Of a stretch of DNA of 64,000 bases, positions 56,947-64,000 are shown piece by piece. Within the stretch, counting starts at the first letter, position 1. Each line of letters starts with the position of its first letter. The position numbers and the translations under genes were made by a program. The notes below the pieces were generated by a model. That model was not told the origin of the DNA and made no database searches. It worked only from the letters and a program-made list of their open reading frames with translations. Source of the DNA: Candidatus Zixiibacteriota bacterium (GTDB lineage Bacteria; Electryoneota; B3-LCP); the NCBI GenBank assembly GCA_003599535.1, contig QZKQ01000071.1, positions 4,454 to 68,453 of the forward strand, given 5' to 3'.

Positions 56947-57852
56947 CTATTTCTGCGTCACCGGCGTCCCGGTGGAAAATTCCTTCAATTCCGCGGAGAT
57001 GGCCCCGATCAGCACCTTGGACTGCATCTGCACCGGGAAGCGGTATTCGTCGTCGGAAAACCAGATGAAGATGCGCCCCTTCTGCTTGAAGATGCCCGCC
57101 GATTCCAGCACCGGCTCCACCTTGTAAGCCCAGAATTCGCCCGCCGGCACCTTGACCTTCTCCCGCTCCAGCACGTCCACCCGCAGCGGGTAGGTCTTGT
57201 GGATGTCGTGCACCTCGACGTGGTAGGACTTCCCCACCTCGATTTCCGGCAGCAGACGGAAGTAATACAGCGAGGAGATGGCGTCCTGGACGTAGAGGGG
57301 GATGTCGCTGGTATCCTGGGGTACCCCTTCGTCAAAGGTGTAGGCCTTGCCCAGCCGCTGATCGTAGTCCACCACCTTGACGTCGTGGTACTTGCCTTCG
57401 TTCAGGCGCTTTTCGAAGTACCAGGTGAACATGCCCCGGGTGTCCATGTAGGAATGCACCTGGTCGTCCACCTTGAACACGCGGCTGAAGGTCTTGGACG
57501 ACCGGGCCCAGGTGTGGATGTGGTAGCAGGGCGCCCCGCGGTAGGTTTCGAGGTCGGGCAGGATTTCGATGCCCGCTTCCCCGGCGGTGATGACCCCGTA
57601 GTTGACGTCGAAGAGGAACCGTTCGCCCAGGCCGAAGCGTCCGTTGTCCAGATGCCGGACAATGAACCCGGTGTTGTCAATGATGAATTCCGGCTCCGGG
57701 GCGGGATTCACGGGCAGGGCCGTCCCCAGGAACAGGACGAGCGGCAGGAGCGCCAGCGGCCATCGCCGTCGCGCCGCACCCGGCCGGGAAGAAGGGAAAC
57801 TGCCGTGATTGATCCGCCGCAGCGGCCGAAACAAGCGGGAAATATGCCTCAT
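56947..57852 (-). CDS. DUF3108 domain protein
   Basis: GERFLFDV.YG.I.AG, FKVDD, D..S.LYYFR, VKVPAGEF, IWFSDD; start uncertain. Confidence 0.78.
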   Translation of the reverse strand: MRHISRLFRPLRRINHGSFPSSRPGAARRRWPLALLPLVLFLGTALPVNPAPEPEFIIDNTGFIVRHLDNGRFGLGERFLFDVNYGVITAGEAGIEILPDLETYRGAPCYHIHTWARSSKTFSRVFKVDDQVHSYMDTRGMFTWYFEKRLNEGKYHDVKVVDYDQRLGKAYTFDEGVPQDTSDIPLYVQDAISSLYYFRLLPEIEVGKSYHVEVHDIHKTYPLRVDVLEREKVKVPAGEFWAYKVEPVLESAGIFKQKGRIFIWFSDDEYRFPVQMQSKVLIGAISAELKEFSTGTPVTQK

Positions 57853-57853
57853 G

Positions 57854-59269
57854 TCAGTAAGCCTGCTTTCCGAACAGCACCTCGCGGACGGTCAACAAGA
57901 GGATTTTCAGGTCGAAGCCCGGAGACCAGTTCTCGACGTAGAAGATGTCGTATCGCGTGCGCTCCTCGATGGACGTGTTGCCGCGCAGGCCATTAACCTG
58001 CGCCCAGCCTGTTATACCCGAACGCACCCGGTGGCGTTCCAGATAGCGAGGCACGGCCTGGCGGAACTGGCCCACGAAGTGCGGCCGCTCCGGGCGCGGC
58101 CCCACCAGGCTCATGTCGCCTTTCAGGACGTTGAAGATCTGGGGCAGCTCGTCCAGGGAGAGGCGGCGCAGGAGGCGTCCCAGGCGGGTGGTGCGAGGGT
58201 CGCCCCGGCGGGCCCACACCGGCCCGGAAGCGGCCTCGGCGTCCGGCGCCATGGTGCGGAACTTGGTGATCAGGAAGGCGCGGTTGTCCAGCCCGATGCG
58301 TTCCTGGCGGTAGAACACCGGCCCCCGCGAATCCAGCTTGATCAGCAGGGCGATCAGGACCATAAGGGGCGCCGCCAGGGCCAGGGCCAGGGCCGCCACC
58401 ACGATGTCGAAGGCGCGCTTGACCACGCCCTTCCAGCCGAACAGGGGGGATTCCTTGATCTTCAGCAGGGGCAGGCCGGCCAGGGTGGTGGACTGGATTT
58501 TCCCCTCGGCTACCACCAGGGAATCGGGGGCGAAGTAGAATTCCAGGTCCAGGCCGTCGCAGCGGCGCACGATCTCGTCCAGCCGAGGCCGCTCGGACAG
58601 GTCCAGGGCGATGAGCATCAGGTCCAGCTCCTCGCGCCGCACGAGGTCGGCGATGGCCTCCGTGTCGCCCAGCAGCGGCTGGACCTGCGGCTGGGGATCG
58701 TCGACCCGGATGAAACCCCGGCTGCGGTACCCCAGGTGAGGATTGCCGTTCAGCTTCTCGTGAAGGCAGCGGGCCAGGACGCCGGTGCCGCACACCGCCG
58801 CGTTCAGCACGCCGACCCCGCGGCGATAGAGCTTGCGCTGGACGCTCTGGATCAGGGCCCGCTCGGCGGTCACGATGACCAGCGCGTTGACCGCGATCAG
58901 CCCGAAGACGGCCCGGGAATAGGAAAAGTCGCGGTAGAAAAAGGCCACGGTGAAGAGCCAGGGCAGGGCCAGCAGGGTGGCCTTCAGCACCCGGGAAAAC
59001 TCCTCCACGGTGCTGACCCGGTGGTGCAGGCGGTACAGCCCCCGGGCGGCGAAGACCGCCAGGAAGATGACCACCGCCGCCAGGGAAAATTCCCAGTAGC
59101 GCCCCACCGGCGGCACGCCCAGAGTCACCGGCAGGATTTGGGTCAGGGGGGAATAGAAGCGCAGCCAGTACGACAGCCCGAAGCTGCCCATGATGGCCAG
59201 CGCGTCCAGGGCCACCGCGGCCAAGGGGAACAGGACTTCGGCGCGGGAGGCGGGCAGGTTACGCACCAT
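57854..59269 (-). CDS. Undecaprenyl-phosphate sugar phosphotransferase (WcaJ-like)
   Basis: KRAFDI, KFRTM, SLDELPQIFNVLKGDMSLVGPRPE, GITGWAQVNG. Confidence 0.95.
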   Translation of the reverse strand: MVRNLPASRAEVLFPLAAVALDALAIMGSFGLSYWLRFYSPLTQILPVTLGVPPVGRYWEFSLAAVVIFLAVFAARGLYRLHHRVSTVEEFSRVLKATLLALPWLFTVAFFYRDFSYSRAVFGLIAVNALVIVTAERALIQSVQRKLYRRGVGVLNAAVCGTGVLARCLHEKLNGNPHLGYRSRGFIRVDDPQPQVQPLLGDTEAIADLVRREELDLMLIALDLSERPRLDEIVRRCDGLDLEFYFAPDSLVVAEGKIQSTTLAGLPLLKIKESPLFGWKGVVKRAFDIVVAALALALAAPLMVLIALLIKLDSRGPVFYRQERIGLDNRAFLITKFRTMAPDAEAASGPVWARRGDPRTTRLGRLLRRLSLDELPQIFNVLKGDMSLVGPRPERPHFVGQFRQAVPRYLERHRVRSGITGWAQVNGLRGNTSIEERTRYDIFYVENWSPGFDLKILLLTVREVLFGKQAY

Positions 59270-60464
59270 GGCGGTCTCCCGCAGGCGGCAGGACCAGGTC
59301 CCGGTCGAAATGTTCGCGGACTTTTTCCCGGAGGAAGCGGGCCATCCGTTCCACGTAGAGCGGCCGGGCGAACCGTTCCGCCTGCCGCCGAATGACCTGC
59401 GGATCGAAAGCGTGGCGATCCAGGTCCCGCACCGCCGCGGCCAGCGCTTCCGGCGTGGGCTGGTGGAAGAACAGCCCGGTGGCCTCCGCCGCCGGCGGCG
59501 CGCCGTGGGCCGGGATCACCGTCTCCAGCACGCCACCGCGCCCGTAGGCGATCACCGGGCGGCCGCAGGCCTGCGCCTCCAGGGGGACGATGCCGAAGTC
59601 CTCTTCCCCCGGGAAGATCAGCGCCCGGCAGCCGCTGTAGAGTTCGCGCAGGGCCGGCGGGTCCTGCCAGCCCAGGAATTCGACGTTGCCCCGGGCCAGG
59701 CGGGTCAATTTGGCCTTCTCCGGGCCGTCGCCCACCACCACCAGCTTCAGCCCCAGGCGGTTGAAGGCCTCGACGGCCAGGCGAACCTGCTTGTAGGGCA
59801 CCAGGGCGGTGACTACCAGGAAGTAGTCGCCCGGGCCGCGGGTGGCGCGGTAGAATTCAGCGTCCACCGGCGGGCAGATGACCTCCGCTTCGCGGTGGTA
59901 GTGCCGCCAGATGCGCCGGCGCACGTTCTCGGAATTGGCGATGAAATGGTCCACCCGGTGGCTGGAGACCACGTCCCAGGTGCGCAGGCGGGAGGCGATC
60001 AGGGGGCCCAGCACCCGCTTGACTGGATTGCGGCTGGATCCCAGGTAGTGCGGGTACATCTCCCAGATGTAGCGCATGGGCGTGTGCAGGTAGCTGAGGT
60101 GCAGCGCCCGGGGCGAGGGAATTACTCCTTTGGCCACGCAGTGGCTGGTGGAAATGACCAGGTCATATTCAGCCAGGTCGAAGCTCTCGATGGCGGCGGG
60201 AAACAGCGGCAGGTAGCCCCGGAACCGCTTTTTCGCGCCCGGCAGCTTCATCACCCAGGAGGTGTGGATATCCATCGCCTCGATGCGCGGCGACATGGCC
60301 CCCTTCTGGTGGAACAGGGTGAAGAGCGCGGCCTGGGGGAAGAACTCGCAGAGCACTTCCAGGCATTTTTCGCCGCCGCGCATGCCGGTCAACCAGTCGT
60401 GCACCAGGGCCACGCGCAGGGGCGGCAGGGGAATGGATTCGGGGGTGGGAATGGGGTACTGCAT
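59259..60464 (-). CDS. Glycosyltransferase family 4
   Basis: VALVHDWL..MRGGE, HTPMRY, EDFGIVPLEAQACG. Confidence 0.92.
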   Translation of the reverse strand: MQYPIPTPESIPLPPLRVALVHDWLTGMRGGEKCLEVLCEFFPQAALFTLFHQKGAMSPRIEAMDIHTSWVMKLPGAKKRFRGYLPLFPAAIESFDLAEYDLVISTSHCVAKGVIPSPRALHLSYLHTPMRYIWEMYPHYLGSSRNPVKRVLGPLIASRLRTWDVVSSHRVDHFIANSENVRRRIWRHYHREAEVICPPVDAEFYRATRGPGDYFLVVTALVPYKQVRLAVEAFNRLGLKLVVVGDGPEKAKLTRLARGNVEFLGWQDPPALRELYSGCRALIFPGEEDFGIVPLEAQACGRPVIAYGRGGVLETVIPAHGAPPAAEATGLFFHQPTPEALAAAVRDLDRHAFDPQVIRRQAERFARPLYVERMARFLREKVREHFDRDLVLPPAGDRHGA

Positions 60465-60470
60465 CGGTAA

Positions 60471-61568
60471 CTAACCGGCAATTATCCGGCGATACGCCTC
60501 CAGAGTCTGCTGGGCGCAACGTCTCCAGGTGAAGGTCCGGGCCCGCTCCGGCCCCGACCGGGACAGCCGCCGGCGCAGCTCCTCATCGGTGATGATGGAT
60601 TCCAGCGCGGCGGTCATCTCGTCACTTTTCCCCGGATCGAACACCAGCGCCGCCGGACCGGCCACTTCCGGCAGGGACGCACGGTTGGACACCACCGTGG
60701 GCACGCCTCCGGCCATGGCTTCCAGCGGCGGCAGGCCGAAACCCTCATACCAGGAAGGCTGCACGCAGGCCAGGGCACCCTGATACAGGGAGGGCAGGTC
60801 TTCCGTCGCCACGGCGCCGGTGAAGATCACTTCCGCCGGGCGGCCCAGGGCGTGGACGCGACCTTGCAGCGCGGGGTACTCTTCGGTCCTGGGGCCGGTG
60901 ATCACCAGCGGCGGGCGCCGGGAGGCCGCCAGGCGGGACCACGCTTCCAGCAGGCCGTCCACGTTCTTGTGCGGCTTCAGGTTGCCCACATAGAGCAGGT
61001 ATCCATCCGGCAGGCCGCGGCGGCGCCGGAACGCTTCCAGGGATTCCGGCTCCACCCGTTGAAAGAAACGCTCGTCAATGCCGTTGTACGTCACCACCAC
61101 CCGGTCCTCGGTGTATCCCAGGTCGTTCAGCAGATCGCTCCGGGTCCACTGGGAGGGGGTCAGCACCACCCGGGCCTGGCGCTTCACCCGGCTCAGCATC
61201 CAGCGGGCGTAGGCCCGCTGCAGCGGCGAGAAGATCCGCGGGAACTTCAGGTGAATCAAATCGTGGACAGTGACCACCAGCGGCGGCTTCAGCCCCAAGG
61301 GGATGACGTAGTGCGGGGCGTGAAACAGGTCCGCGCCGCTGCGATTGGCTTGCCGGGACACCTGGAACAGTTCGCCCAGCGAATAATTTCCCGCGCCGCA
61401 GTGGTGAATGCGCGCGGCCGGACACTCCGGGAGCGCCGCGCCCCCGGGGGGCACCAGGAGGTCCCAACTCATTTCCGCACCGACCTCGCGGAATCCCGCC
61501 AGCAGGCCGCGGATGTAGGTGCCGATACCCGAATCCCACAGTTTGCGGGCGTCCAGGCAGACTCTCAC
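60471..61568 (-). CDS. Glycosyltransferase family 4
   Basis: GTG start VRVCLDAR; GIGTY, TVHDLI, KPHKN, YEGFGLPPLEAM. Confidence 0.92.
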   Translation of the reverse strand: MRVCLDARKLWDSGIGTYIRGLLAGFREVGAEMSWDLLVPPGGAALPECPAARIHHCGAGNYSLGELFQVSRQANRSGADLFHAPHYVIPLGLKPPLVVTVHDLIHLKFPRIFSPLQRAYARWMLSRVKRQARVVLTPSQWTRSDLLNDLGYTEDRVVVTYNGIDERFFQRVEPESLEAFRRRRGLPDGYLLYVGNLKPHKNVDGLLEAWSRLAASRRPPLVITGPRTEEYPALQGRVHALGRPAEVIFTGAVATEDLPSLYQGALACVQPSWYEGFGLPPLEAMAGGVPTVVSNRASLPEVAGPAALVFDPGKSDEMTAALESIITDEELRRRLSRSGPERARTFTWRRCAQQTLEAYRRIIAG

Positions 61569-62551
61569 GGCGCCCTCTCCAGAAGTCCCCGGGCGCGGTC
61601 CAGGACCGCTTCCACCGGCAGGCGGTCCAGGCCTTCGCCTTCCGGCGCGACCAGGAAACCGTCCGGCTGCCCGTAAGGTCCCCAGCGGCGCGGCGACATG
61701 GCGTGCACCGCAGGAAACAGCCCCAGCACCGGCGCGCCCACGGCCCGGGCCAGGTGCAGCGGCCCGGTGCTGTTGGTCACCACCAGGGCGCACTCGCGGT
61801 AAAACGCCGCCAACCGGGGCAGATCGAAGCGCCCGCCCAGGTTCTCCGCGCCGGACTCGTCCGCCACGGTCCGGCAGAGGGCCTCTTCGCCCGGCCCGCC
61901 GGTAACGGCCACGGTTCGCCCGGTAGTCTCCCCCAGGCGGCCGGCCAGCCGGGTGAAATATTCCGCCGGCCAGCGGTGGGCCGACCCGCCACCGCCGGGG
62001 TGAATCGCGATCCGGCGGGTAGGGGAGGGCGGCAGGGGCGGAACTTCTGGCAGTTCCAGGGGCAGGGGAAAGATGGCTTCCGGCGCCAGGGTATCCTCCC
62101 AGCGCCCCGCTTCCCCCAGCGCCGTCCAGACCAGCGACAGGTTGTATTCCAGCTCGTGCTTGAGATTGTGCTTGCGGTGCTCCCGGTGGCGGTAGGTGAA
62201 CGACGGCGAATACCAGCGGTAGGCGATTCCCGCGCGGAACGGGATGCCGGCGGTCCGCAGCGCCCCGGCCAGGCGCCGTTCGGGGTAGAGCGCCGCGGCG
62301 AAATCGAACTGCCCCTCCTTCAGCCGGCCGGCCAGGGCGCGGCTGCTCTCGTCCGGGCCGGCGACGATGACCTCGTCCAGCCCCCGCAGCATCCGCGCCA
62401 CCGGCGCGGTGTAAGGTTGCACCAGGAAAGCGAGGTGGGCCTGCGGGAAGCGGCGGCGCAGCAGCAACGCAGCGGGCAGCGCCAGGAGGACGTCGCCCAG
62501 CTTGTCGGTGCGGCACAGCAGGAACCGCCGCGGACCGGGGAAAGCGGTCAT
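61565..62551 (-). CDS. Glycosyltransferase family 9 (heptosyltransferase-like)
   Basis: RTDKLGDVLL, IHPG, NSTGPLHLARAVG. Confidence 0.92.
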   Translation of the reverse strand: MTAFPGPRRFLLCRTDKLGDVLLALPAALLLRRRFPQAHLAFLVQPYTAPVARMLRGLDEVIVAGPDESSRALAGRLKEGQFDFAAALYPERRLAGALRTAGIPFRAGIAYRWYSPSFTYRHREHRKHNLKHELEYNLSLVWTALGEAGRWEDTLAPEAIFPLPLELPEVPPLPPSPTRRIAIHPGGGGSAHRWPAEYFTRLAGRLGETTGRTVAVTGGPGEEALCRTVADESGAENLGGRFDLPRLAAFYRECALVVTNSTGPLHLARAVGAPVLGLFPAVHAMSPRRWGPYGQPDGFLVAPEGEGLDRLPVEAVLDRARGLLERAP

Positions 62552-63324
62552 CGAGCCGGATGCGCCAGTTTGGCCGCCAGAGTGCGCAGCTTGCGGTAGC
62601 GCTGGCGGAAGTTGCGGACGTCCATCAGGGCGGCCTGCAGGCCGGGGCGGCCGTCGAGGAAGCCCCCTTTCAGCAGGTAGCGGCGCAGGAAGCGTTGCGC
62701 GGGAGTGGCGTACAGCAGGCGCAGGGCGTGCAGCGGGGAGGGCCGCACCCCGGTGCGGTACAGGTGTTCTGCCTCGAAGGCGGTGTAGAAATCCAGCTTG
62801 CGGCGGATGTCTTCGGGTGTGGAGTAGGGGTAGTGGTCCAGGGGATGGCGCAGCCGCCCCACCGTACCTTCCACCTTCAGGCGCTCATGGATGTGCGCTT
62901 CCGGGAACCGCCCCTGCCCCCGGCGGAAGAGCCGCAGTTGCCAGTCGGGATATTGGCCGCCGTGCCGCAGCCACTGCCCGAAGAAGTGGTTGCGGCGGGG
63001 CAGGTAAAACCCCGCCTGCGCCGGCTTCCGGCGGATCACCTCCTGGATCTCGCGGGCGGTTTCCGGCGGCACCACCTCGTCGGCGTCCAGGCACAGAATC
63101 CACTCCGACTTGGCCTGATCGAAGGTGAAGTTCTTGTTGATGTTCAGGTTGGCCAGGTTGGGCCGGGAGAACACCCGCGCCCCGAAGCTTCGGGCGATCA
63201 GGTTGGTCTCGTCCCGGCTGCCGCAGTCGGCCACGATGACTTCATCGGCGAAGCGCACGCTTTCGAGGACTTCCGGGAGCTTTTCCTCTTCGTTGTGCGC
63301 GATGATGCAAACGGTCAGGGACAT
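62548..63324 (-). CDS. Glycosyltransferase family 2 (LPS biosynthesis)
   Basis: IIAHNEE, D.GS.D, LDADE, YPDWQLRLF, GFLDG. Confidence 0.92.
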   Translation of the reverse strand: MSLTVCIIAHNEEEKLPEVLESVRFADEVIVADCGSRDETNLIARSFGARVFSRPNLANLNINKNFTFDQAKSEWILCLDADEVVPPETAREIQEVIRRKPAQAGFYLPRRNHFFGQWLRHGGQYPDWQLRLFRRGQGRFPEAHIHERLKVEGTVGRLRHPLDHYPYSTPEDIRRKLDFYTAFEAEHLYRTGVRPSPLHALRLLYATPAQRFLRRYLLKGGFLDGRPGLQAALMDVRNFRQRYRKLRTLAAKLAHPAR

Positions 63325-63386
63325 GGTGGTTTATCCATAGGTCAGAGTTCGAAATGAAGAGAAGAAGCCCGGAGCCGGGAGAAAAG

Positions 63387-63572
63387 TAGCCGGTAGTCTG
63401 TAGTCAGGATATCCGGAGTCCGGAGGGCCACGCTTCGTCGTGGCCAATCCGTGGCGCAAGCGTCCCCCGCTTGCGACCGGCAGAGACATCGGCCCTACGA
63501 ACCTCTGACAGGCAAGAATGCCTATCCTACCCTCATGTTTTCTTTATACTTTATCCTTTATACTTTAGACTT
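63387..63572. repeat. Cluster of four REP-like hairpins plus heptamer repeats
   Basis: GGAG-GGCCACG/CGTGGCC, GTGG-CGCAAGC/GCTTGCG, two CTAC-ended hairpins; TATACTT-like x4 at 63545-63572. Confidence 0.7.
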
Positions 63573-63617
63573 CCTCTCCCCCAGCCCCCCCTTTTCTTTG
63601 CGTCTTTACGAGAAACC

Positions 63618-64000
63618 CTAACGCCGCTTCTCAATGATCTCCTCGAAATGCCCTTCCAGCGCCCGCAGGTGGTCTTCCAGGCGAAATTTTTCCCGTACGA
63701 TGCGAAGTCCGGCCTGGCCCAGGCGGCGGCGCAAATCAGGGTCGTCCCTTAGCCGTTCCAGGGCGGCGGCCAGTTCCGCTTCGTCCCGGCCGATCAGCAG
63801 TCCGTTGACCCCGTCCTGGACGATTTCCGGCACGCCTCCGGCCCGGGTGGCCACAATGGGCACTCCCTGGGCCATGGCTTCCAGCAGCACCAGTCCGAAA
63901 GCCTCTTCCCGCGAGGCCAGCACCGACACGTCCAGGGCGGCGAACAGCGGCGCGGTATCCACCTGGAACCCGGCGAAATGGGTTCGTTCCGCCACGCCCA
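63618..64000 (-). CDS. Glycosyltransferase family 4 (5' end outside the window)
   Basis: EAFGLVLLEAM, AGGVPEIV.DG.NG. Confidence 0.9.
   Translation of the reverse strand, partial: GVAERTHFAGFQVDTAPLFAALDVSVLASREEAFGLVLLEAMAQGVPIVATRAGGVPEIVQDGVNGLLIGRDEAELAAALERLRDDPDLRRRLGQAGLRIVREKFRLEDHLRALEGHFEEIIEKRR

Overview
GC-rich bacterial chromosome segment. T9SS-type C-terminal sorting domains on four secreted proteins and two PorV/PorQ-like barrels suggest an FCB-superphylum lineage (inference). The housekeeping backbone is tRNA-Glu, tRNA-Gln, a cold-shock gene, nfi, etfBA-fixCX, an M3 peptidase, ppx, hrcA-grpE-dnaJ, rsmD, rsmA, mgtE, recO, dprA and LPS/EPS glycosyltransferases. Strongest unusual signals: (1) an unannotated small membrane protein with an in-frame UGA (U-x-x-x-C) and a SECIS-like hairpin, leading a thioredoxin / ECF sigma / zinc anti-sigma / DUF1858 operon, i.e. 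a candidate selenoprotein-coupled redox signalling system; (2) a PorV paralogue interrupted by one in-frame UGA, also followed by a SECIS-like hairpin; (3) a RAYT transposase bracketed by long-loop GTGG hairpins, with a 221-bp gene-less copy 1.5 kb away that shows compensatory stem changes; (4) a tandem array of six divergent SnoaL-like paralogues; (5) a 92-nt four-way-junction RNA at the predicted ppx transcription start. All calls come from reading the sequence; no searches were run.
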